From NCBI GenBank assembly GCA_965218795.1, contig OZ244653.1, positions 2,784,001 through 2,848,000 on the forward strand: 64,000 nucleotides of DNA, read 5' to 3'. Origin of the DNA: a bacterium. GTDB taxonomy: Bacteria > UBA8248 > JACPRG01 > G963555815. How positions within the stretch are numbered: position 1 is the first letter of the stretch; each line of letters begins with the position of its first letter. The notes beneath the pieces were generated by a model. That model saw only the letters and a program-made list of their open reading frames with translations, had not been told where the DNA came from and did no database searches. Shown here one piece after another: positions 29,896 through 40,091 of this stretch. A program made the position numbers and the translations under genes.

Positions 29896-30190
29896 ATGAG
29901 TTCTGCGCCGAAATCTCCATCAGCCGTTTACGCCGACGCCGCAGGGCCAGATCCTGGACCTGCCCGACCTGGAGATGGCAGGATTGTTGGAGGATGTCCT
30001 GGTCCGGCCCGAGGAGACCGAGCTCTCCCCTCTTCCGGAAGGAAGCAAGTTTTTCTTACTGCCCAGCGGACGATCTCTGGGGTGGAATCCCGTCTCCGAC
30101 GAATTCGTCGGGACTGACGAGGGGCTGACGGCAGTCTCGGCCTTTCCCGCGCCGAGCTATACCCGCACGCTTCTGCCCGCCGTCCGGATT
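29896..30190 (+). pseudogene. Frameshifted, truncated N-terminus of a probable radical SAM protein
   Basis: MSSAPKSPSAVYADA, then a +1 shift near 29940 to QGQILDLPDLEMAG...LSPLPEGSKFFLLP...AVSAFPAPSYTRTLLPA. Resemblance ends before any CxxxCxxC. Family call is from memory of this N-terminal pattern. Confidence 0.5.
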
Positions 30191-30336
30191 CTAGTGGACC
30201 CCATCCTGACATCTATGCTGATGCGCTTTTTTCGTCCTGGTTTCCGCCTTTGCAGGATACGGCCCCATGCCTCTTCAAACCTTCCACCGATTCCGGAACC
30301 CCGATCTGATGAACGGGGTGCGGCATCGGTCATAAG

Positions 30337-30627
30337 TCAGGCCGCATCCCCGGTGGTCTCGAAGCTGATCTTGAGCCGGGTGCCGGTGGCTCGCGCGATC
30401 CTCTCCAGCGTCCTGGTGGACGGGTGGACGCGCCCGCTCTCAAACCGGGCCACGACCGATTGCGTCGTCTTCATGCGCCTGGCGAGCTGCGTCTGGGTGA
30501 GCCCGGCGCCGATGCGGGCCTCGATCAGCGAGCGGGCCAGCTCGAACTCCGGCCCCAACTCCTCATAGGCCACCCGGTAGTCCGGGTTCTGGCTCCATTT
30601 CTTATGCAAGTCGCTTGCTTTGCTCAT
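30337..30627 (-). CDS. XRE-family HTH antitoxin (HigA-like)
   Basis: ARIGAGLTQTQLARRMKTTQSVVARFESG..PSTRTLERIA; directly downstream of a RelE-like toxin. Confidence 0.9.
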   Translation of the reverse strand: MSKASDLHKKWSQNPDYRVAYEELGPEFELARSLIEARIGAGLTQTQLARRMKTTQSVVARFESGRVHPSTRTLERIARATGTRLKISFETTGDAA

Positions 30628-30949
30628 TTCAGCACCTCCCTGGCGCGTTGCAGCGCCAAGTCGACTCCCGGCGGGGCGTCTTCCGCGTTTTCTTGATAAA
30701 GACCCGCGCCACCACAACCCGTTCGTCCCGGACGGCGACATAGAGCGCACGCGCTATCCCGACCCGGCCCTTGATGCGCATTTCCCAAAGCGGACCGGTC
30801 AAGCGCCTGACATGCGGTGCGCCGACGCGCTCCAGCCCGACCGCCTCGATCAACTCGCAGATGCGCAAGAACCGCGCGCGCGTATCAACGGGCAGAGCGT
30901 CAAGCTCTTTGTCTACGGTCGCATTCAGGGTCTCCACGGTCCAGTTCAT
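30624..30949 (-). pseudogene. RelE/HigB (Gp49-like) toxin with a 1-nt deletion near its 3' end
   Basis: LWEMRIKG..GIARALY..VFIKKTRKTPRRE. Adding one base at 30665/30664 restores (I)DLALQRAREVLK-stop and an ATGA overlap with the antitoxin. Confidence 0.75.
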
Positions 30950-31179
30950 GGACACCAGAATATAGCACATTTGATATATTCATGCAACGAGAGCTTACCG
31001 GACCGGCGCGGTGCGAGGCGGCGGCACGGGAAAAGGCAATGAACTGGATTCTCGCCCTTGATTGAAGCATTCGTGGGCATGCTTGAGCGAGAATGACGGA
31101 CTAAGGCTGCGGAGGGAATTCTGCGGGACGCAAGACGCCTTCCTGCTCTCCCGATATGCCCAGGGCCGGGGGCGCATAC

Positions 31180-31335
31180 ATCCTCACGACATGCTGGCGT
31201 GCGGTCTGCGAGGACGCGAAGCTCGGCAAGTTGCGCGTCCACGATTTGCGGCACACCACGGCGAGTCACGTGGTCATGTCCGGTGAGAACCTGCCCCTGG
31301 TCGGCAGACTGCTTGGCCACAGCCGGCATCGAGCG
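31180..31335 (+). pseudogene. Tyrosine integrase C-terminal fragment
   Basis: WRAVCEDAKLGKLRVHDLRHTTASHVVMSGENLPLVGRLLGHS; no N-terminus and no catalytic Tyr segment. Confidence 0.85.
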
Positions 31336-31455
31336 CGGTCGATGCGCCCCCTTCAACCCCCTTTCAGGGGCTTTTCATGGCGATTTCCAGGCCATTTGCA
31401 ATGATTTTCGCTCCGCTGCGTCCGGCGCGCGCGGGCCATCATCGAAGATCCGACG

Positions 31456-33843
31456 TTACACGACCCGGGCGGCCTCGTGGTGGGTCTGTTCTACGTCACG
31501 GGCGAAAGCGCGCGGAATGGGGGGGCTCCCCAACGCGGCCAACACCTTGTCCGGCAATAGCGGAATGGATTGTACCTGTACGCCGATGGCGTCATAGACC
31601 GCGTTGGCGATACAGGCGGCCGTGGGCGCGAGGCCCGGCTCACCGATGCCTTTGGCTCCCCACGGTCCCTCCGGATGAGGCTCCTCCACAACCATCGGGA
31701 CCATCTCGTCGGGGATGTCCAGCGTCGTGAGCATCTTGTAATCGCCGAGGTTGCCGTTCTCGAACTGCCCGTTGCTTTCGACGATCTCTTCGCTGGTCGC
31801 TGTTCCCAGCCCCTGGATCAGAGCGCCCTCGATCTGTCCCTCGCAGCCTGCCGGGTTGATGGCTTTCCCCACGTCGTGCGCGGCGGTCAGCCGGATGACG
31901 GTGACGCGCCCGGTCTCGATATCGACTTCGACCTCGGCGCCCTGGGCGGCGAACATCCAGAAGACCGACGGCTTCGCTCCCTGACCCGTGTCGAGGTCGA
32001 GAGTGGTTCCGTCCGAGACGGTGTAAGTCCCGCGGCCGAGGATCGGTCCCCCGTAGAGACCCTCCGGCTTGATCACCCCCATCGCCAAGGCGCCGAAGCC
32101 CACCGCCTTGTCCGGGGCGGATTTCGGGTAGACCTTGCCGTCCGCTACGACGATCTCGTCCCGGTCGACCTCGAATAGATGGACCGCCGCATCGGTGAGC
32201 TGCTTCTTCACGTCGCGGGCGGCGAGGGCCACGGCGTTCCCGTCGAAGAACGTCGTCTTGCTCGCCGAGGTTTGCCAACCGTAAGGCGTGTAATCCGTGT
32301 CGGTATGCTGGACGATGATATCGTCGGGCGCGCAGCCGAGCTCCTCCGCCGCGATTTGGCGGAGGATCGTGTGCGCCCCCTGTCCGTGCTCGACGGCGGC
32401 CGTTTGCAGGAGAAGGGAGCCGTCCTCGTTCATCTTCAGGTTGGCCATGACCGACACTTGGTGGACGGTGAACTTGTACATGCAGGCGAGTCCGCGGCCG
32501 CGCCGGATGGTGGGCCGGTCGGGTGGGTTTTCGCGCGGCTCCCAGCCGAGGGCCTCTTTCGCCTTATCGATGCATTCCTTCAAGCCGACGGCCTTGAGAG
32601 GCTGGCCGGTGGGCGTCATGGAGCCCTCGCGGACGGTGTTCTTCTCCCGCAGTTCGTTCGGGTCCATACCGAGCGCTGCGGCGATCCGGTCGTTTTGCTG
32701 CTCGTAGCAGAAGCAGACCTCGGAGACGCCGAACCCGCGGAAGGCGCCGGCGACGGGCTTGTTCGTGTAGACGGCGTAGGAATCGATGGCGACGTTCGGA
32801 ATGTCATACGGACCGCTGGAGGCGTAGCCGGCGCTCCGGGCGACCGAGATTTCATAGTCGCCGAACGCGCCCGTGTCCCACAGGAGCCGGACTTGGCGGG
32901 CTACGAAGGTCCCGTTTTTCTTGACGCCCGTCTTGTAATAACCGATGACCCGCTGTCTCACGAACCCGGCGACGAATTCCTCCTCCCGTGTGTGAACGAA
33001 CCGGACCGGCGCGCCGTCCGTGTGTACGGCGAGGGAGCCGGAAACAACCTCGTTGCACGCGCTGATCTTGCCTCCGAACGCGCCGCCGCAAAACGTGCCG
33101 ACAATCCGCACCTTGTTCATCGGAAGCGCGAGGGCGTTGGCCACCTGGCCGCGCGTCAGGTATGCGCCCTGGGTGGAGGACCAGATCGTGACCTTCCCCG
33201 AGGAGTCCACCTGGGCGACGGATGCGTGGGGCTCCATCGGGCAATGCTGGATCATCGGAATCTCATACCGGTCCTCGAAAACCTCATCGGATTCGAGGAA
33301 ACCTTTCTCGATGTCCCCGTGGCGGAGGCGGAAGTGGTTCGGAATGTTCGTATGGGGCACGGCTTTGAAGAAGGCGGCGGCGATTTCGTAGTTCCCGAGA
33401 TCGGGATGGATCAGGGGCGCGTCTTCCTTGATCCCCTCCTCGATGTCGAACACGGGCGGCAGATCCTCGTACTCCACGTCGATCAACTCCACGGCGTTGA
33501 GGGCCGCGGTTTCGTCCGAAGCCGCCACGGCCGCGATGGGTTGGCCGATGTATCGAACCCGGTCCCCCGCGTAGATGGTCTGATCCTTGAGATACGAGCC
33601 CCAATAAGAATCCGGAAAATCCGCTCCGGTGACGATGGCGCGTACCCCGGGAAGACTTTTCGCCCGGCTGATATCGAGCTTTTTGATGAGCGCGTGAGCC
33701 CGCGGGCTTCTGAGAACCTTTCCGGTCAACAGCCCCGGAAAATAGATGTCCGTCCCGAAGACCGCCCGCCCGGTCGCCTTCTCCAGAGTGTCCATCCGCT
33801 CCGTGCGCTGACCCACGTATTTCAGTTCAACACCTTCCGCCAT
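31456..33843 (-). CDS. Xanthine dehydrogenase / CoxL family molybdopterin-binding large subunit
   Basis: LRSPRAHA, HCPMEPH, GGAFGGK, AFRGFG, EHGQG, GQIEG, AKGIGEPG. Confidence 0.92.
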   Translation of the reverse strand: MAEGVELKYVGQRTERMDTLEKATGRAVFGTDIYFPGLLTGKVLRSPRAHALIKKLDISRAKSLPGVRAIVTGADFPDSYWGSYLKDQTIYAGDRVRYIGQPIAAVAASDETAALNAVELIDVEYEDLPPVFDIEEGIKEDAPLIHPDLGNYEIAAAFFKAVPHTNIPNHFRLRHGDIEKGFLESDEVFEDRYEIPMIQHCPMEPHASVAQVDSSGKVTIWSSTQGAYLTRGQVANALALPMNKVRIVGTFCGGAFGGKISACNEVVSGSLAVHTDGAPVRFVHTREEEFVAGFVRQRVIGYYKTGVKKNGTFVARQVRLLWDTGAFGDYEISVARSAGYASSGPYDIPNVAIDSYAVYTNKPVAGAFRGFGVSEVCFCYEQQNDRIAAALGMDPNELREKNTVREGSMTPTGQPLKAVGLKECIDKAKEALGWEPRENPPDRPTIRRGRGLACMYKFTVHQVSVMANLKMNEDGSLLLQTAAVEHGQGAHTILRQIAAEELGCAPDDIIVQHTDTDYTPYGWQTSASKTTFFDGNAVALAARDVKKQLTDAAVHLFEVDRDEIVVADGKVYPKSAPDKAVGFGALAMGVIKPEGLYGGPILGRGTYTVSDGTTLDLDTGQGAKPSVFWMFAAQGAEVEVDIETGRVTVIRLTAAHDVGKAINPAGCEGQIEGALIQGLGTATSEEIVESNGQFENGNLGDYKMLTTLDIPDEMVPMVVEEPHPEGPWGAKGIGEPGLAPTAACIANAVYDAIGVQVQSIPLLPDKVLAALGSPPIPRAFARDVEQTHHEAARVV

Positions 33844-34026
33844 GGCTGACCTCCGCTCAATCAAATCGATCTCCGGCGTAGGACCGGCTCCATTCCAAGG
33901 CTTGGTTTTTTGATACAGCTACAGCATGATTTCGACCGCCATCTTACTGGAAGGGTCAATTTCAAGGCAACGAAGGGCCTTGAGAGATGCGTCGTCGTGT
34001 CTTCGGACGAAAGAAGCGGGGGGCGT

Positions 34027-35130
34027 TCATGCGCGTTGTGCGTCCGCCGCCGTCTTTCCCGGCGCATGCCTTCGGCCCCAGACGATTCGATAGCGGGTGT
34101 TGATCTCGCCCCCCAGCACAAAAAAGAGGATGAGTCCCTGAATGATGAACACCAGCGACACGGGCAGCTTCATATTGATTTGCAGGGCCTCCCCTCCGAC
34201 CAGCAAGCCGCCCAAAAGGATCGCCGCGACCAGCACGCCGATGGGATGCCGTTTCCCCAAAAAGGCGACAATGATGGCGGTGTATCCGTACCCCGGCGAG
34301 ATGCCCCGCATGAGACGGAACTGGATGCCGGCGACCTCGACCATTCCGGACAACCCGGCCAACGCCCCGGCGATCATCATCACGAGCACGATGTTTCGAT
34401 TGATCCGGATGCCCGCGTACCGGGCGGCCCGCGGGTTTTCTCCCGTGACCCGGACCTGGTATCCCCAGGTGCTTTTCTCCTGAAGGAAGTAGAGGATGAC
34501 AACGGCCGCCAGGGCATAGACGATCCCCCAGGTCAGACGCGTGTCCCCGAACGGGTAAAGCTGCGCCTCGTCGGGAAAAACGACGGTGATGGGAAAGTTC
34601 GACGGCGACCGCCAGGGTCCGTAGACCATGTGGGCCACCCAGAGAATGGCGATGTAGTTCATCATCAGGGTGGTGATGATTTCATTGACCCCGTGCCTGG
34701 CCTTGAGGTAGGCGGGGATGAGACCCCAGGCGGCGCCCGCCAGGAGGGCGGCCAGGAACATGGCGGTCAGAAGCAGCCAACTCGGCCATTGCAGGCCGGA
34801 AAGGGCGATTCCCGTGGCCGCCATCGCGCCGATGTGGAGCTGTCCTTCCGCCCCGATGTTCCAGAACAGCATGCGGAAGCTCAACATCACGCCGAGGCCG
34901 CACAACAGCAGCGGAGTCGCCTTCACCAGGGTTTCCGAAAACCCGATCCAACTGCCAAAGGCGTTCACGAACAATTCCCGGTAAGCGATGATTGGATTAC
35001 TCCCGACGAGGAGCAGGATGACGGCCCCCAGGATTAAGGCCGCAAGGACCGACGTGACCGGGACGGACCACTCCAGCCACTTGGATGGCTCCAAACGTCT
35101 TTCAAGCCTGGGAATCAATGGAAACGGCAT
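34027..35130 (-). CDS. Nucleoside/sugar-type ABC permease (BPD_transp_2)
   Basis: WNIGAEGQ, GVNEIITTLMMNY, GENPRAARYAGI, GYGYTAIIVA. Confidence 0.9.
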   Translation of the reverse strand: MPFPLIPRLERRLEPSKWLEWSVPVTSVLAALILGAVILLLVGSNPIIAYRELFVNAFGSWIGFSETLVKATPLLLCGLGVMLSFRMLFWNIGAEGQLHIGAMAATGIALSGLQWPSWLLLTAMFLAALLAGAAWGLIPAYLKARHGVNEIITTLMMNYIAILWVAHMVYGPWRSPSNFPITVVFPDEAQLYPFGDTRLTWGIVYALAAVVILYFLQEKSTWGYQVRVTGENPRAARYAGIRINRNIVLVMMIAGALAGLSGMVEVAGIQFRLMRGISPGYGYTAIIVAFLGKRHPIGVLVAAILLGGLLVGGEALQINMKLPVSLVFIIQGLILFFVLGGEINTRYRIVWGRRHAPGKTAADAQRA

Positions 35131-35173
35131 CGGGTCGGCGTGCTCCGGAAGGCGCCTCCGGGTTCAGAAAGTA

Positions 35174-35222
35174 AAGGAGCGGACAGAGACTCCCCCTTCG
35201 GGATATTCCCCGTCCGCTCCTT
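35174..35222 (-). terminator. Stem-loop downstream of the BMP gene (terminator or mRNA stabiliser)
   Basis: 11-bp inverted repeat AAGGAGCGGAC (35174-35184) / GTCCGCTCCTT (35212-35222). Confidence 0.55.
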
Positions 35223-35236
35223 CGGTGACTTCAACG

Positions 35237-36334
35237 CTACTTCTTTTTGGGCAGTTGCCCTACGACGTTATCAACGAGGTAGTCGACCGTCCAGAGATCG
35301 CCTCCACTGGCCTTTGCGCCCGCGGCGATCACCGTCTTCCCCCCCTGGTCCTTGATCGGACCCACAAAGGGATAGAACTGACCCGCACGGATGTCCGCTT
35401 TTTTCGCGTTCACGCGCTCTTGCAGGGCCTTTGGCACAGCGGGGCCGAACGGCGCGAGATCGATGGCCTTCTCTTTCAATCCCCACCACTTGTTCCGGGG
35501 TTTCCAGGAACCTTTTCGGACCTGCTTTGCGGCCCAGATGTAGAAGGTGTGCCAGTTGTATACCGTGTCGGTCAGATGCCCTTTCGGAGCGAATTTGTGC
35601 ATTGGAGCGTTGTGGCCGATGGAGTACTTTCCGGCCGATTCCGCCGCCTGCATGGCTGCCGGCGAGTCCTGCCATTGCGCGACGACATCGACCCCCTGGG
35701 CCAACAAGGCCTTGCCCGCCTCAGCCTCCTTCGCGGGGTCGTACCAGGTGTTGATGAAGAGCACGTGGACCTTGGCGCTGGGGTTGACCGACTTTGCGCC
35801 CAGGGCGAAGGAATTGACGTTGCGGAGAACGAGAGGAATCGAGTGGGCGGCAACGTAACCGATCTTGTTGGCCTTGGTCATCTTGCCGGCGGTCATTCCT
35901 GTCAGATAGGAGACCTCGTACATCCGGCCGAAGAAGGCGCCCATGTTCTTTCCGGTCTTGTAGGCAGCGGCGTCTTCAAAGGCGATGTTCTTGTACCGAT
36001 TGCTGATGGAAATGAAGTCGTCCGTCCAGTTGAAGGCGGTTCCGATGATCAGGTCGAACTTCTGGCGGGCGAAGTTCCGCAAGACGCGCTGGACGTCCGC
36101 TTGTGGGACAGACTCCGCATATTTGACCTCGCTGACGTAAGGCTCCTTTTCGAGCTTCAGGCGGGCCTGGTTATGCTGGAAGGTCCAGCCGGCATCTCCA
36201 ATCGGCCCGAACAGCATGACCGCCACGCGGATCTTGTCCTTCATGGCCGCCACGCCTGCGGACGTCCAACCCAGGCCGAGGGCGAGCGCCAGCAACAGGG
36301 TCAACCCGGCTGTTCGTTTGATGAAACGTTTCAT
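35237..36334 (-). CDS. BMP family ABC substrate-binding protein (purine/nucleoside type)
   Basis: Signal peptide, GPIGDAGWTFQH, YEVSYLTG, NSFALGA, WYDPAKE. Confidence 0.9.
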   Translation of the reverse strand: MKRFIKRTAGLTLLLALALGLGWTSAGVAAMKDKIRVAVMLFGPIGDAGWTFQHNQARLKLEKEPYVSEVKYAESVPQADVQRVLRNFARQKFDLIIGTAFNWTDDFISISNRYKNIAFEDAAAYKTGKNMGAFFGRMYEVSYLTGMTAGKMTKANKIGYVAAHSIPLVLRNVNSFALGAKSVNPSAKVHVLFINTWYDPAKEAEAGKALLAQGVDVVAQWQDSPAAMQAAESAGKYSIGHNAPMHKFAPKGHLTDTVYNWHTFYIWAAKQVRKGSWKPRNKWWGLKEKAIDLAPFGPAVPKALQERVNAKKADIRAGQFYPFVGPIKDQGGKTVIAAGAKASGGDLWTVDYLVDNVVGQLPKKK

Positions 36335-36657
36335 GAAATTCCCTCCTCTTGAACCGATGTTCAAATCTCATCGCCGTTTGGGGCAATGAGTCGGACGTAT
36401 TGAAGAAATCGTCCTGGTCTCCCGCAGCGTCACTCGAGTGGTTGACGTTTGCCTTTTCCGGCATTTGAAAAGACCTTCGAATATTCTAAGAGGAGCGCGG
36501 TTCTGTTTGCAATAAGGACGGCCTGTCATCCAGAGACGATGATGAGGAATCGGATTGCCCGTCCATTGGGCTTTGCGGTATCCTCGTTCCCCAAGGCTCT
36601 CATTGTTTCCAGTGGGGAGTCCCTCGTCCGAACCATCCGAACGGGAGGAGGCTCAGC

Positions 36658-38205
36658 TTGCCAGCCACGGTCCCTCGGGTTGCCATGCGGGGAATCGTCA
36701 AACGATTTCCCGGCGTTCTGGCGAACGACCGCATCGATTTTTTCCTGGAACGTGGAGAAGTGCATACGCTTCTCGGTGAGAACGGCTCCGGGAAAACGAC
36801 CTTGATGAATATTCTGGCGGGAATCTACCAGCTCGATGAAGGCGTCATCGAGTTGGACGGCCGATCCATCGATATCCGATCGCCCAAAGACGCCATCTCG
36901 GCCGGACTCGGGATGGTGCATCAGCATTTCAAGCTCGTCCCGCCGCATTCCGTGGCTGAAAACATCATTTTGGGGATGCGCGACCATGGGTGGTTGCCGG
37001 ACCTGCGCGGTGTCGAGAGGAAGCTGGAAGAATTGGCCCGCCGTTATGGTATGGGAATGGACACTCGGGTGTACGCCTCCGATTTGTCCATCGGGGAACA
37101 GCAGCAGCTGGAAATCCTCAAGGCGCTGTATCGAGGCGCCGAAATCCTCATTCTGGACGAACCCACTTCGGTTTTGACGCCGCAGGAGTCGCGGGAGCTT
37201 TTCAACACCATACGCCATATGGTCTCCGACGGTCGTTCCGTGGTCTTCATCTCTCACAAGATGGAGGAGGTGATGGCCATATCCACCCGCATTACGGTGT
37301 TGCGGCAGGGCCGGGTGGTGGCCACCCGGCGGCCGGAAGAGACCGATGAGCGGGAGTTGGCCCGACTGATGGTCGGCCGGGATGTCCTCTTCCGTCCCCA
37401 TGTGGTGGAACGGCATCCGGGCGAGGTCGTTTTAGAGCTGAAGGGCGTCCACGCTGACAACGACCGACTGCTCCCGGCCCTCAAGGACATCTCCTTTCAG
37501 GTTCATGAGGGAGAAATTTTCGGAATCGCCGGCGTTGCAGGCAACGGGCAGCAGGAACTGGGGCAGGTCATCAATGGCCTCCGTTCCATCCGCGCCGGCC
37601 AGATTTTCATCCATCGCGAACCGGTTCACAACCTGCACCCGAGCGTGATCATCGAGGGGGGCGTTGCCTATGTCCCCGCGGACCGCTCGGGCGTGGGAAG
37701 CATTCCCGGTCTTCCGATCACCGATAATGCGATCCTGAAGCGGTTCCGGGAAAAGCGGTTTCACCGCAGGGGGTTCCAGAAAAAAGGGGAGGTGGCCGGC
37801 TTTGCCGACGAGCTCATCCGCCGGTTCGAAGTCGCCGCTCCCAACCGGTTGACGCGGGCCGGGCTGCTGTCCGGCGGAAATCTCCAAAAGCTGATCCTGG
37901 CACGGGAGCTTTCCGTGGTTCCGAAGCTGCTGGTGTCCGTCTATCCAACACGCGGTTTGGACGTTGGAGCAACGGAGTTCCTCCGGAATGCCCTATTGGA
38001 CGCATGTCAGGAGGGGACGGCCATTCTGTTGATCTCCGAGGACCTGGAAGAGTTGATCGAATTGAGCGACTGCATCGCGGTTCTTTACGGCGGTGAGGTG
38101 ATGGGAATCGTCAGGTCCTCGGAGATCGATGTGGAGACTCTGGGGCTGATGATGGCGGGCCGTCGGCTGGAAGAAGCGCGGCAGACATCGGCAAACAGCC
38201 CCTGA
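36658..38205 (+). CDS. Double-domain ABC ATP-binding protein (nucleoside/sugar type)
   Basis: GENGSGKTT, LILDEPT, ISHK, LSGGNLQK, PTRGLDVGA. Confidence 0.93.
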   Translation: MPATVPRVAMRGIVKRFPGVLANDRIDFFLERGEVHTLLGENGSGKTTLMNILAGIYQLDEGVIELDGRSIDIRSPKDAISAGLGMVHQHFKLVPPHSVAENIILGMRDHGWLPDLRGVERKLEELARRYGMGMDTRVYASDLSIGEQQQLEILKALYRGAEILILDEPTSVLTPQESRELFNTIRHMVSDGRSVVFISHKMEEVMAISTRITVLRQGRVVATRRPEETDERELARLMVGRDVLFRPHVVERHPGEVVLELKGVHADNDRLLPALKDISFQVHEGEIFGIAGVAGNGQQELGQVINGLRSIRAGQIFIHREPVHNLHPSVIIEGGVAYVPADRSGVGSIPGLPITDNAILKRFREKRFHRRGFQKKGEVAGFADELIRRFEVAAPNRLTRAGLLSGGNLQKLILARELSVVPKLLVSVYPTRGLDVGATEFLRNALLDACQEGTAILLISEDLEELIELSDCIAVLYGGEVMGIVRSSEIDVETLGLMMAGRRLEEARQTSANSP

Positions 38206-38221
38206 GACAGGAGCCCGACCT

Positions 38222-39157
38222 TTGGAGCTGCTGAACTTTCTGATTCCCGTACTGCAAGCAGCGGTCCGTTCGGGCACGCCGATTCTCTTTGCCACCGTAG
38301 GAGAGATCTACGCGGAGCGTTCCGGGATTTTGAACCTGGGCGTCGAAGGCATGATGCTGGTCGGAGCGCTGGCGGGTTTTGCGGCTGCCAACCTGACGGC
38401 GAGTCCGGTTCTCGCGATAATTCTGGCCATGATCGCCGGTGGATGCATGGGGATGGTTCATGCGTTTGTCTGCATCGGCCTGCGGGCGGATCAGATCGTC
38501 AGCGGACTGGCTCTGACCCTTTTGGGAACGGGATTGACGGGATTCTTGGGACGGGCCATGGTCGGCAGGACGGCCGCGGGATTTTCGCCCGTCCTGATTC
38601 CGGGCCTCAGCGAGATTCCGGTCCTCGGGCCCGTTCTGTTCAGCCACGACTTGCTGGTGTACATTGGATACATTCTGGTTCCGATTGCATGGTTCGTTCT
38701 GTATCGCACCCGTTTGGGACTGGCCATCCGGTCCGTGGGAGAAAGTCCGGACGCCTCCGATGCAAGCGGCGTCAGCGTCAGGGGGATTCGGTATGGCTGC
38801 ACCTTTTTCGGAGGAGCCATGGCGGGGCTCGGGGGCGCTTACCTTTCGCTGGCCTATACCACCATGTGGGTGGAGCAGATGTCCGGCGGGCGCGGATGGA
38901 TTGCCCTGGCCCTGGTCGTATTTGCCGGTTGGAACCCGATGAAGGCCTTGTGGGGCGCCTATCTGTTCGGAGGGGTCGATTCGCTCAGTTTGTATCTTCA
39001 GGCCGGCGGAGCGCAGGTCTCGGCCCATATCCTCATGATGCTGCCCTATATCGTGACCATTCTTGTGCTTTGGATAGCGACCCGTCGAGTCGTCCGGGCT
39101 CGGGTCGGAGCGCCGGCCGCTCTGGGATTGGCCTACTCGCGGGAGGAAAAGCGCTGA
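38222..39157 (+). CDS. Nucleoside/sugar-type ABC permease
   Basis: ERSGILNLGVEGMM, GRGWIALALVVF, MLPYIVT, APAALG. Confidence 0.9.
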   Translation: MELLNFLIPVLQAAVRSGTPILFATVGEIYAERSGILNLGVEGMMLVGALAGFAAANLTASPVLAIILAMIAGGCMGMVHAFVCIGLRADQIVSGLALTLLGTGLTGFLGRAMVGRTAAGFSPVLIPGLSEIPVLGPVLFSHDLLVYIGYILVPIAWFVLYRTRLGLAIRSVGESPDASDASGVSVRGIRYGCTFFGGAMAGLGGAYLSLAYTTMWVEQMSGGRGWIALALVVFAGWNPMKALWGAYLFGGVDSLSLYLQAGGAQVSAHILMMLPYIVTILVLWIATRRVVRARVGAPAALGLAYSREEKR

Positions 39158-39195
39158 CTTCCGGTCTCTTTCGACAGGGCTGCAACTCATTCTAT

Positions 39196-39876
39196 GTGTA
39201 CGACCAGGCATCATTCCTCACAGGTTGGATAAACCTCTTGCCCGTGTCGATGGGTCGGCCGCCCATGTTGCGACAGCCCTGATGAGGACGCTCGCTGTTG
39301 TAGAACTCGACGAGGTGTCTTGACGAGGCGTCTTCAGGTAAGCGTTCAGGTCCTTCTCTCGCGGCCCGTCCGTGTTGCCTGGATTCCTGCTTGCGCAGGA
39401 ATGACGAACATGGGTCGCGTGACCTCTAACCCGGTCATTCCCGCCCTCGGCAAAGACATTCGAGGACAGGCCAGCGGGAATGACAAACGAGGCCCCCGTA
39501 CAACAGCCTGTCATTCCTGTGGAAGCGGGAATCCATGCGGTATGACCCCCGTTAGAAGCGTTCGGGAGCGGGAAGGACAAACGACTCAGCCAACCCTGGA
39601 TTCCCGCCTGCGCGGGAGTGACGGGTTGGGAATCCTTGTGGCGGGTGTGGAGGCGTCGCCCCTGCCGAATACATGCAGGGCAGGCCTCCGATACGCTGCC
39701 CAGAGCCTCGGCCAGTTGCAGTGGCGCTGAGTCGCTGCTCCGCAACCTTCTTCCCTGCCCTTGCCACGGCTCCTCCCCTCTGTTCCCCGACGAAGACATT
39801 CGAGGGCAGGCATCCGGGGGAGCTCGTTTCCCCTTTGCAAGATATCAATTGTTCGGAAGATGCCTGCGTTGTACAC
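39196..39876. mobile_element. Candidate non-autonomous MITE-like element with ~22-bp imperfect terminal inverted repeats
   Basis: GTGTACGACCAGGCATCATTCC (39196-39217) versus the reverse complement of 39855-39876, GTGTACAACGCAGGCATCTTCC. No credible ORF inside; no clear target duplication. Confidence 0.5.
39380..39622. repeat. Cluster of four REP-like GTCATTCC...GGAATCCA/GGAATGAC palindromes
   Basis: Units at 39380-39405, 39434-39484, 39510-39535 and 39597-39622, in both orientations. Confidence 0.8.
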
Positions 39877-40091
39877 TTTTCAGCATAGCGCCCCGAATGC
39901 TTTTTGCTCATGGGGTGATAGGCCCCGTGGCAGCCGCGCTTGAGCGTTGCCCGGAACGACTCGATGCCGAAGGAGATTCGCGTTTTTTGAGTATGCCGAC
40001 TTATATATAATAGAGAGTGAATCTCCGAAATTCGGCGATTTCGAGGGAGAGCGGCTTAATGAAAAGAGCGGGAACAGAGAGGAGAAACACA

